From: Pyrobaculum sp. | GTDB taxonomy: Archaea; Thermoproteota; Thermoprotei; Thermoproteales; Thermoproteaceae | Reading direction: 5' to 3' | DNA length: 17,899 nucleotides | Assembly: GCA_032249215.1 (NCBI GenBank) | Contig: JAVVGH010000006.1 | Location: 1 to 17,899, forward strand | Program-made: the position numbers and the translations under genes | The notes under the pieces: model-generated | What the model saw: the letters and a program-made list of their open reading frames with translations, nothing else | What the model was told of the DNA's origin: nothing | The model's database searches: none | Shown here: in pieces, positions 1 through 7,693 of the stretch | Position numbering within the stretch: position 1 is the first letter of the stretch | How the letters are laid out: each line of letters opens with the position of its first letter

Positions 1-45
1 GGCGCGGGCAGGGCCTCCCACTCCGGCATCCCGCAACGCGGACAT
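1..45 (-). CDS. 5' end of an unidentified gene leaving the window (MSALRDAGVGGPARA...)
   Basis: ATG at 45..43. A TATA-like TAAAATATAGG (complement of 66..76) is centred about 26 nt upstream, the same leaderless geometry as other genes here. Only 15 codons are visible. Confidence 0.3.
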   Translation of the reverse strand, partial: MSALRDAGVGGPARA

Positions 46-74
46 GTGATCACGGAGAGACTCGGACCTATATT

Positions 75-707
75 TTAGTCTTTTGCGAGGTTGGCCTTAA
101 CCCAGCTCCAAGCGTCGCAGAGCGTGGAAAAGCTCAGGTGGCCGCCCTCCCTCCCCACCATGATGGTGAGTAGCCCGGCGCCCATGGCGCCTAAGTCCTC
201 ATCGCCGTCTCCTATATACACGGCCTCGTGGGGCCTCGCCCCTATTCTCCTCAGGGCGTGGGTAAACACCGGCTTGAGGGGTTTCCGCCTCAGCAAAACG
301 TCGGAGGTTATAAGCGCGTCGACGGCAACGCCGCTGGCCTCTAGGAAGAGCTCTGGGAAGCATCTACAGGGAGTGTTTGAGACAACAGCCACCTTGCCGG
401 CCTCCTTAGCCCATCTGAGGAACTCCACGGCGCAGGGCATAGGCGTCAGCCGGCTTTTTACCTCCTCTATGAACTCCCTGGCGAGGAGGACGGGATCGCG
501 GCCGGTCTTTGAGGCTATGACCCTGGCGATGGCCCGTAGCGGTACTTCGTAGCCGGCGTTGTTCACCCCCTCCACGACCCAAGCCACGGCATCCACCACG
601 CCGGGGTCTCCACGTCTGTGCAACACGTCGCGCCACGTGCCCCAGAAGTCCACCTGCCGCACCAGGAGGCCCCAGAAACTCACCAAGAAATTCATAACCC
701 AACACAC
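75..707 (-). CDS. HAD-superfamily hydrolase, 2-haloacid-dehalogenase-like subfamily
   Basis: 210-aa ORF. The nucleophile motif VDFWGTW resembles the DxYGT of type II haloacid dehalogenases. It also has VVSNTP (motif II Ser/Thr), RRKP (motif III Lys) and YIGDGDEDLGAMGAG (motif IV). The ORF-track start at 707 is GTG; alternative starts are ATG at 695 or an internal GTG. Confidence 0.75.
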   Translation of the reverse strand: MCWVMNFLVSFWGLLVRQVDFWGTWRDVLHRRGDPGVVDAVAWVVEGVNNAGYEVPLRAIARVIASKTGRDPVLLAREFIEEVKSRLTPMPCAVEFLRWAKEAGKVAVVSNTPCRCFPELFLEASGVAVDALITSDVLLRRKPLKPVFTHALRRIGARPHEAVYIGDGDEDLGAMGAGLLTIMVGREGGHLSFSTLCDAWSWVKANLAKD

Positions 708-994
708 GCCGCCTCAAGACGCAACGTGCCGGAACCGAAGCGCATCACATGCTTATAGCCGCGACTAATTAAACTTTATCCTCAACGGCCGCGATTATCT
801 TGCGCATGGCGATGTGGGACTCCACGATGAGAACAAGCCCAACACGGCGACATACGCGACCAGGGCAGGCGGTCAACGCCTCTGGGCGTATATTTGGGCC
901 GCGGCGGCGAGGCCTGTTTTCTGTAGTAGTGGCTACGTTGTGGCCGGCGCGGCTTATATCCACTAGGCGGCGGGGGACGCCTCCAGAGGCCTAG

Positions 995-1213
995 TTAAGT
1001 GTCTCTAGGCGTTGCGTCGGGAGGTCCGTCAGGGGGCGTAGGCCTGTATCTCACTGCGACATCACATATGACCGCGACGCGTCTCTTTTCTACCAAACGC
1101 ATGAGGTGCCGCGTCGCCACCGGCGGGGGGATCCCCTCCTTCAGTGCCTCGGCGATTATTGTCTCGAGGTCGGCCTCGCCTAGCCTTCTGAGTATTGCGT
1201 AGACGCGCTCCAC
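995..1213 (-). CDS. small putative winged-helix DNA-binding protein
   Basis: 72-aa ORF with a GTG start, 20 nt downstream of the MMPL stop on the same strand. The pattern LRRLGEADLETIIAEALKEGIPPPVATRHLMRLVEKRRV looks like a helix-turn-helix plus wing. No family was recognised. Confidence 0.4.
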   Translation of the reverse strand: MERVYAILRRLGEADLETIIAEALKEGIPPPVATRHLMRLVEKRRVAVICDVAVRYRPTPPDGPPDATPRDT

Positions 1214-1233
1214 GGCTTTGCTTAACTCGGTAA

Positions 1234-3828
1234 TTAAATTGTGCGGCGGATCGGCACGCTGTATCCTGTGAACCAGAGCCAGTTGTACCTGCCGGCGAGG
1301 GTTATGAGGGCGGGGACTACGAGGGGGCGTATTATAAATGCGTCGAGTAGGGCTGCTAGGGCAATGGTAAAGCCTATTTGTCTGAGCAACAAGGTCTGAG
1401 ACAACATGAGGGTGGAGAAGGCGGCGGCAAGCACTATGGCCGCTCCTGTGATAACCGGGCCTGTTGTCACAATGGCTGTTTTTATGGCCTCTTTTTCGTC
1501 CAGCCCCTTCTCTATTTCTTCTCTTATTCGGGTGATTATGAAGATGTCGTAGTCTGTGCCTATGGCCATTAAGAAGGCGAAGAGCGACACCGGGACCAGC
1601 CAGTAGGTGGGCTGGCCCAGAGCTTCTTGGAAAAGCGCCACCTCGGCGGCTAGGCTCCAGACTATCGACATGAGGACTGTGGCCACTAGGCGGAGGGGTA
1701 TGAGGAAGCTTTTGAGCAGAAAGGCGAGTATGAGGACTACGGTGGCTATGACCACGTAGATTTGGAGGCTCCAGAACTTGACATATATTTCGTTAAATAT
1801 CACATTTTTCCAAGAGGCGGCTCCGCCGATTAGATAGGGGCCGTAGTAGGCGCGGAGCTGGTCTAGCCGTCTGTATACGTCAAGTAGCTTGTCAGATGTG
1901 TCTTCCAGCGATAGTTTGACGGCGACTATGTACCAGTCGCCGCGTTTCTCTAGGGTGTAGTTGACGTAGTTTGGCAGTTTTTCCACCTCGTGCAACAGTT
2001 CGGGGGGCGGCGGGTTCTTCATGGCTATGTATGTGGTGGAGAGCGCCGTCACGTTTTTGAAGTAGGTCGTCGCGACTTCCAGCGCCTTTTTGTACTGAGT
2101 CTCGGGCATGGCTACGACGGGGTTTGCGGTGATTCTAAGCGTGGAGATTAGGAAGAGGAAGGAGAGAAGCGTGACCAGCGTAGCGGCTACGGCGACTAGG
2201 AGGGGCCTTTTGAGAGCTGTGTCGACTGCCTTTTCTAGCAACCTAGAGCGGCCTCTGTGGGCTGCGATGGTTTTCTTGGGCCAGAACACCCTGTCGCCGA
2301 GTAGGTAGAGGAGGGCAGGTAATATTAAGAAGACCGTCAAGACGATGAAGAGAGTGGTTATGAGGTAGCCTACGCCGATTGACTGCATAAAGGGTAGGCG
2401 GGATATGGCGAAGGAGCCCAGCGAGGTGGCGACTACCGCTGCGCTGGCCGCTATGGATCTGTTGGCGTAGCGGCTCACCACCTTGACGGCCTCTGTCTTG
2501 TCTCTGCCGAGGGCCCGCTCCTCGGCGTAGCGGCTTACCATGAGCAACATGTAGTCGACGCCTATGGCGAATATCACCGGCGCCGCCATATACACAGTCA
2601 GGTAGTAGGTCTTCTGGATTTCGTGGATTTGGTAGAAGAAGCCCATGACCCCGAGGTAGGTGAGGCCCACGGCGGAGATTATGAGGACCGGCGCCGCGAG
2701 GGTCCCCATGACGTAGAGCAACACTGTGAAGAGGGCGGCGGCTGTGGACCTGTCGATTTTAGACACGTCTTCTGTCACGACTTGTGTGAAGCTTTTTAGG
2801 AGGAAGGACGTGGAGACGGGCACGCCGAGTTGCGGCGGCACGTCGGGCATCTCCTCACTGCTTTTGACCACGGCGAGGGCGTATTTGTCCTGGTACACCA
2901 GGTCGGCGGCGCCCGCTATTGAATATATAGTAGGCGGGGGGTACCTCGTCGTTAAGTTCCTCACAAGATCAGACTTAAACATCTCTACGGCCTTCTCCAC
3001 GTCTCCGCCGCAGACTAGGTAGGGCAGGTAGGGCCTGACAAGCGGCGGGGTCTGGTTTATCAGCTGCACATAGACGTACTGCCTCACGCCGACTGCGGCC
3101 ACGGCGCGGGCTAGGTCTATCAACGTTTTGTTGAGCCTCGTGGCGAGCATGGCCTCCGTCACGTTTTCCACGGCGGGCTGGCTGGCCCAAGTCCTCCAGG
3201 TCACGTTGACCAGATACCGAGACACGTTGCCGTATGTCTCATCCGCGGCGAGCCTCACCGCTACATCTACGTCGTGCACAGCGATGTATCTGTCGTATAG
3301 CTCCAGAAACCTCTGCGTGCGGTTGTCCACCGACCTGCCCAGCGCAACGACGCCGTATGTGCCCAGCAGAAGCCCCCACGCCTTTTCCCGGGCCTCTTCG
3401 TAGCCCCCCACCAACTGGTCGAGGTCTTCGCATATCCTCTTGGTGGAGTTAGAAATCTCCAAGGCCGCCTCTCTGAACCGCGAAGTGGCGTTTTCCACCG
3501 CCTCCTCCATCTTCTGGTTGTAGATCCTCAACGCCTCGTCTAGGATAGTCCACGCGGTGGTGGCGTTGGGGAAGAGGCGGGATAGGTTCCTGGCCTTCTC
3601 CTCGACTCGGGGCCCGAATATGACAACCGGCAGAGGTTTAAAGCCGCCGTCACCTGCGCCGCTTTGCGTCCCGTTTTTCAAGATTGCCTCTACCACCTTC
3701 GGCTCGATGTCTTGCGGCATGAGTTTAGACTCGTCGTAAATGAGGACGTCGAATACCTTCGGCGACAGCAAGGCGAGGTATACGTAGACCGCCGCTAGGA
3801 TGGCGGCGACGGCCACGAGCTTCCTCAC
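1234..3828 (-). CDS. MMPL/RND-superfamily membrane exporter
   Basis: 864 aa built from two repeated 6-TM bundles, each containing the MMPL-type proton-relay motif (AIGVDYMLLMVSRYAEE and AIGTDYDIFIITRIREE). Large extracytoplasmic loops carry many N-x-S/T sequons. GTG start at 3828 with TTTTTATA (complement of 3851..3858) about 26 nt upstream. Confidence 0.8.
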   Translation of the reverse strand: MRKLVAVAAILAAVYVYLALLSPKVFDVLIYDESKLMPQDIEPKVVEAILKNGTQSGAGDGGFKPLPVVIFGPRVEEKARNLSRLFPNATTAWTILDEALRIYNQKMEEAVENATSRFREAALEISNSTKRICEDLDQLVGGYEEAREKAWGLLLGTYGVVALGRSVDNRTQRFLELYDRYIAVHDVDVAVRLAADETYGNVSRYLVNVTWRTWASQPAVENVTEAMLATRLNKTLIDLARAVAAVGVRQYVYVQLINQTPPLVRPYLPYLVCGGDVEKAVEMFKSDLVRNLTTRYPPPTIYSIAGAADLVYQDKYALAVVKSSEEMPDVPPQLGVPVSTSFLLKSFTQVVTEDVSKIDRSTAAALFTVLLYVMGTLAAPVLIISAVGLTYLGVMGFFYQIHEIQKTYYLTVYMAAPVIFAIGVDYMLLMVSRYAEERALGRDKTEAVKVVSRYANRSIAASAAVVATSLGSFAISRLPFMQSIGVGYLITTLFIVLTVFLILPALLYLLGDRVFWPKKTIAAHRGRSRLLEKAVDTALKRPLLVAVAATLVTLLSFLFLISTLRITANPVVAMPETQYKKALEVATTYFKNVTALSTTYIAMKNPPPPELLHEVEKLPNYVNYTLEKRGDWYIVAVKLSLEDTSDKLLDVYRRLDQLRAYYGPYLIGGAASWKNVIFNEIYVKFWSLQIYVVIATVVLILAFLLKSFLIPLRLVATVLMSIVWSLAAEVALFQEALGQPTYWLVPVSLFAFLMAIGTDYDIFIITRIREEIEKGLDEKEAIKTAIVTTGPVITGAAIVLAAAFSTLMLSQTLLLRQIGFTIALAALLDAFIIRPLVVPALITLAGRYNWLWFTGYSVPIRRTI

Positions 3829-3899
3829 AGCCGAAGATGCGCCTCGCTTCTATAAAAAGATATGTACAAAATGATTTATACGGGGAGCTGGGGGGAGGT
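3829..3899. promoter_or_regulatory. divergent promoter region between the MMPL gene and the ABC operon
   Basis: Two A/T boxes sit in an otherwise GC-rich context. CTATAAAAA at 3850..3858 reads as TTTTTATAG on the minus strand, about 26 nt from GTG 3828. TTTATA at 3875..3880 lies about 22 nt from GTG 3900. Confidence 0.5.
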
Positions 3900-5039
3900 G
3901 TGGAGCATGTGTTTCTCATCGCCGCCGGGGACTTCAAGGCGAGGGCGGTCCGGTACCTACTAACCGCCTTGGCCATCGGCGTCGGCGTGGCTCTACTCGT
4001 GGCCCTCGTCGTCGTAAGCGACGCGACCAGGGAATACGTGGAGCAGACGCTGTTTAAGGTGTACCCAGCCGACATCATGATCTACTCAGACTCGATAAAC
4101 ATCCCTACATACATCGTGGATGTGTTGCGAAGCAACGCGGCTGTGGAGACTGCGGAGGGCATCGTGATAACTACGGGTCTCTACAACGGACAGGTGGTCT
4201 CCATCGTGGGGATCCCGCTGAGGAATGTGGATTACTTCGCGGTGGATCTCAAGGAGGGTAGGCTCCCCGCGTCTGGGGGGGAGGCTGTTGTGGAGGAATC
4301 GCTTGGGGTTAAGCCAGGGGATGTGCTTGAGGTAAAGATGTACTCAGGGGTCTCCGGCGGCGAGAAAACCCTGCAGGTGCAGGTGGTTGGGGTAATGCGG
4401 AGCTTCCTCAAGGGCTTCGTCGGCGCCTTTAGGCTTAACCTGGTGGTGGTGCCGCTGGATTGGCTCCAGGAGAACACAGGCACGGGTCCCTTCGTCAACG
4501 CAATCCTCATAACCGTCAGGGACAAGGCCTATGTTAAGCCGCTTTACCGGGATCTGAAGGAGGCGTATAGAGAAGCCCAGGTGTACACCCAGGAGGCTCT
4601 TCTGGAGACCGTCACGCAGGTCTTCAACGCCCTCAACACGGTGTTTTCCGTAATAAGCGGGGCGGCGCTTGTCACCGCGGCAATAACCACCTTCGCCGTC
4701 ATGTCCATCACGGCGAGGGAGCGGCTGAGGGAGTTCGGCCTGCTTAAGGCCATGGGCATCCCGTCTCGAGACATCCTCCTCTCAGTGGCGGCCGAGGTTG
4801 TGCTTATAGCAACCGTAGCCGGCGTCGCGGGCATCGTCGTCGGCTTCTTCGGGGCAAACGCAGTTAAGGAGATGCTTATAGGAATGGGGATAAATTTCGA
4901 CGTGCCTATAACCTTCCGACCACAATACGCCGCGTTGGGCTTAGCCACCTCGCTTCTGGTCGCCGTAGTGGGCACAGTTTCGCCGCTTTACAGAGTCGCC
5001 AGGCTGAGGCCGCTGGAGATAATGCAGCTATGGCGGTAG
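3900..5039 (+). CDS. ABC transporter permease, MacB/FtsX type (4 TM with a large extracytoplasmic domain)
   Basis: TM1 is RAVRYLLTALAIGVGVALLVALVVV, followed by an extracytoplasmic domain of about 200 aa and then three C-terminal TMs (FtsX-domain layout). The stop overlaps the ATPase start by 10 nt. The ORF track begins at ATG 3837, but that start would place the TATA boxes inside the gene. I prefer GTG 3900 (alternative GTG 3909). Confidence 0.8.
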   Translation: MEHVFLIAAGDFKARAVRYLLTALAIGVGVALLVALVVVSDATREYVEQTLFKVYPADIMIYSDSINIPTYIVDVLRSNAAVETAEGIVITTGLYNGQVVSIVGIPLRNVDYFAVDLKEGRLPASGGEAVVEESLGVKPGDVLEVKMYSGVSGGEKTLQVQVVGVMRSFLKGFVGAFRLNLVVVPLDWLQENTGTGPFVNAILITVRDKAYVKPLYRDLKEAYREAQVYTQEALLETVTQVFNALNTVFSVISGAALVTAAITTFAVMSITARERLREFGLLKAMGIPSRDILLSVAAEVVLIATVAGVAGIVVGFFGANAVKEMLIGMGINFDVPITFRPQYAALGLATSLLVAVVGTVSPLYRVARLRPLEIMQLWR

Positions 5040-5794
5040 AGCTCCGCAACGTGTCGAAGATCTACAGCAACGGCGCGGCGAAGACCGTGGCCTTAGACGG
5101 CGTGTCGCTGGCGGTGTCGCCGGGCGAGGCCGTGGTGCTTATGGGCCCCTCGGGGTCGGGCAAAACCACACTGCTCAACATCATAGCGACGCTCGACAGG
5201 CCGACAAGCGGGGAGGTGCGCATCATGAATATCGACGTTACTAAACTGTCCGAGAGCCAACTTGAGAGGTTCAGGCTGAAAAACATCGGCTACCTCTTCC
5301 AAAGCTACAACCTGGTACCCTATTTAACCGCGGATCAGAACGTGGCGCTTCCCCTTATGGCGCTCGGAGTGAAGAGGGAGCTGGCGCTTCTGAGGGCCCG
5401 CGTCTTGCTGGAGCTCGTGGGCTTGGAGAAGGCGGCGCGGCTGTATCCGCATCAGATGTCCGGCGGCATGCAACAGCGGGCGGCCATCGCCAGGGCGCTT
5501 GCCACGAACCCGCCCCTGTTGATACTCGACGAGCCCACGTCGAACATAGACCTAGACAACGCCTCGTTGGTCCTGGGGCTTATATACGTAATAAACCGGC
5601 TTCTGAAAAACACCGTGTTCATCGCCACACACGACCCAGACGTGGCGCGTATAGCCACGCGCGTGGTATACATGCGCGGAGGACGCGCCTACGAAACCGC
5701 CGAGCCCCCGAGGAGGGACTTCAAGGTAGATATGGAGCGAGCCGCCGCCGTATACGAGAAGCTGAAACACCTCGACGAGTTAATAGGCCTATGA
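5030..5794 (+). CDS. ABC transporter ATP-binding protein (MacB/LolD-like)
   Basis: Walker A GPSGSGKTT, Q-loop FQSYNL, signature MSGGMQQR, Walker B LLILDEPT, H-loop IATHD. Translationally coupled on both sides. Confidence 0.92.
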   Translation: MAVELRNVSKIYSNGAAKTVALDGVSLAVSPGEAVVLMGPSGSGKTTLLNIIATLDRPTSGEVRIMNIDVTKLSESQLERFRLKNIGYLFQSYNLVPYLTADQNVALPLMALGVKRELALLRARVLLELVGLEKAARLYPHQMSGGMQQRAAIARALATNPPLLILDEPTSNIDLDNASLVLGLIYVINRLLKNTVFIATHDPDVARIATRVVYMRGGRAYETAEPPRRDFKVDMERAAAVYEKLKHLDELIGL

Positions 5795-7629
5795 GGAGCC
5801 TCCTCCTTCTCTTGCTAGCGGCTGAACTCCTGCTGGCGTCTACCGTAGTGGTGACCTACGTCGTAAAGCCAGACGGCAAAACGGTTACAAACGTCAAGCT
5901 CCGTGACGTTCTGATAAACAGCGGCCCAGCCCCCCTCAATATCTCCGGCGTCCTCCTTCCTCCGTACTCGGCCGCCGTGCTGGAGCAAGCAATAGGCAAC
6001 GTGTATCCGCCGTTTCTGGCGCTGGACGTTGGGCTGAGGTACATAAACGGGACGTTGAGCGGGGGCGTTCTAAAGGCGGACGAAGACGCCGTGGTCGAGC
6101 TGAGGCTTGGGCTACGCGCCTTGTTGCCGGTGTCTGTGCCGGTGATAGTCTCCATCCCGGCGGACGACAAGCTGGCCATTCTCTACGAAACCGCGCCGAC
6201 GACTATCACCCAGATCTCAGGCACCACGGTCTACTACTGGAGCTTGTTCGTGGATAACCAAGCCGAGTTCCGCGTGAAGTTTAGAATTAGGCAGTTCGGG
6301 AGCTTCGGCGCCGTGAAGATGCCGACAGTCTCCGTGGTCGCGACGCTACGTATAAACGACACTCTGACCGCGCTTGAAGAGAGGGCAAGAGGGCTAGACG
6401 CAGCATATGCACAGGTGAGCAACTTCACAGAGGCAGTCGCCGTGTTTACAGACGCGGCTTACGGCCAGCTACGGAACTTGACCCAGCTGATTCAGATACT
6501 CAACTTGACCGGCGTCGCGCTGGAGCAGGGGGCCGTGGCTTTAAACACCTCCACCTACGCCCTTGAGGCGTTGAGGATGCAGATACGCGCCCTAGGCGAC
6601 GCGGCGAGCGGCGTGGCGGAGACGCTCAACCAGAGCACCCTCCTCGTCGATTATCAATACACAGCCCTGATCACCGCGGCAAATCTGCTGGAGGTGCAGT
6701 CGTCAGCCCTCTCCTCCTACAAGACGGCCGCAGACGAGACGCTGAAAAGCCTCCGGGACACAAAGGAGCAACTCCACGCCATAAGGCGGAATCTGCTTGA
6801 AGCCCGCCGGTCGCTTGACGGCGCCATAAGAGACGTGGAGGAGGCGAAGAGGAGGCTCTCCTCCCTAAACGTCACCGTGCCCGAAGCCAGGCAGGCGGTG
6901 GAGACGTCGGCGGCTCTTCTCGACTCGGCGGCCAGCCGGCTCTACGCGCTACGCGGAGCCGTGGATTCCCTCCTGTCTACGGTAGAAGCCTTGATAGCAA
7001 TTACGGACTCGGCGGCGAGGACCCTCGAGACGACGAGCAGGAGCCTCGGCGAACTCGCGCCGCTTCTAAACAGAACAGCCGCCTCCACGCGAAGCAACGC
7101 CACTGTGCTGAGGAGTGATATGCCGCAGATAATCCGCAACGCAACTAAAAACCTCCAGGGAGTTGCGCAGAACCTCTACAAGACGGGAGACGAAGTAACC
7201 AGGTTCACCATCCCCCTGCACAACGCCTCGGCGACCCTCGCCGACGTGGGGCGCCGCCTCAAGCAAAACGCCGCGGAGCTCGACAGGTTCCGCATAGAAC
7301 AGACCAAGGCACTGCCGAGGCTCGGCGCGGTGCTCTCCGCTACGCAGAACTACACCTACCTCATCAACGCCCAGAAGCGGGAAATAGAGGCGCAGATAGA
7401 AGCGCTGAGGAGGTACTACGCGGCGGTTAACGCAAGCGAAATGGAGCTCCAGTGGCTCATCGAGTTGCCAGTAGCTGTGAAGAACGTCACGCTAAGCCTT
7501 ACGCCGATACAGCTTGAGAGGTCGCAACAGAGTAATCTAACGAACATACCGACTCTACTTACACTGGTAGTCGCAATTACGGGCGCCGCCAGCGCGGTAA
7601 TGTTCGCATTAAGACGAAAAGGCTTGTAA
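5791..7629 (+). CDS. membrane-anchored extracellular coiled-coil glycoprotein, unknown function
   Basis: The ATG overlaps the ATPase stop (ATGA). N-terminal signal/anchor MRSLLLLLLAAELLLAS, then a beta-rich domain of about 170 aa and about 370 aa of A/L/S/T/R-rich helical sequence. C-terminal TM IPTLLTLVVAITGAASAVMFAL followed by RRKGL. 17 of 28 Asn residues lie in N-x-S/T sequons. Confidence 0.7.
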   Translation: MRSLLLLLLAAELLLASTVVVTYVVKPDGKTVTNVKLRDVLINSGPAPLNISGVLLPPYSAAVLEQAIGNVYPPFLALDVGLRYINGTLSGGVLKADEDAVVELRLGLRALLPVSVPVIVSIPADDKLAILYETAPTTITQISGTTVYYWSLFVDNQAEFRVKFRIRQFGSFGAVKMPTVSVVATLRINDTLTALEERARGLDAAYAQVSNFTEAVAVFTDAAYGQLRNLTQLIQILNLTGVALEQGAVALNTSTYALEALRMQIRALGDAASGVAETLNQSTLLVDYQYTALITAANLLEVQSSALSSYKTAADETLKSLRDTKEQLHAIRRNLLEARRSLDGAIRDVEEAKRRLSSLNVTVPEARQAVETSAALLDSAASRLYALRGAVDSLLSTVEALIAITDSAARTLETTSRSLGELAPLLNRTAASTRSNATVLRSDMPQIIRNATKNLQGVAQNLYKTGDEVTRFTIPLHNASATLADVGRRLKQNAAELDRFRIEQTKALPRLGAVLSATQNYTYLINAQKREIEAQIEALRRYYAAVNASEMELQWLIELPVAVKNVTLSLTPIQLERSQQSNLTNIPTLLTLVVAITGAASAVMFALRRKGL

Positions 7630-7682
7630 ACCCGTTGCAAGAAAACGATACCAGGTAGAAATCTGTGAATCTCGACGTTACG

Positions 7683-7690
7683 AAAAAAAA
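7683..7690 (-). terminator. oligo-T tract directly after the radical SAM gene
   Basis: A8 on the plus strand is T8 on the minus strand, beginning 4 nt after the TAA stop at 7694..7696. Oligo-T runs are the usual archaeal termination signal. Confidence 0.45.
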
Positions 7691-7693
7691 CGT

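Noticed and set aside
91-552. Long antisense ORFs overlapping real genes. Examples: 91..552 plus, 4544..4975 minus, 7416..7874 minus, 11246..11671 plus, 12329..12670 plus, 12930..13346 plus, 14473..14742 plus.
   Set aside because: They have Ser/Arg/Ala/Pro-rich low-complexity translations and lie opposite genes with clear family motifs. This is expected in 60% GC DNA and opposite GAG/CTC-rich coiled-coil coding sequence.
915-935. RNase P RNA-like CR-V motif on the minus strand (ACAGAAAACAGGCC)
   Set aside because: No matching CR-I element (GAGGAAAG-type) is found upstream to form P4. The nearest candidate, GGAGGCGUCCC, lacks the conserved A-rich bulge. The evidence is insufficient for an RNase P call.
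978-989. Inverted repeat GCCTC-CA-GAGGC just downstream of the wHTH gene stop codon (995..997)
   Set aside because: The loop is too short for an RNA hairpin, and no oligo-T tract follows on the transcribed strand. It is not convincing as a terminator or operator.
769-994. 64-aa ORFs on both strands (769..963 minus, 800..994 plus)
   Set aside because: They are mutually overlapping mirror ORFs with Arg-rich translations and no recognisable fold pattern. The region is more likely non-coding.
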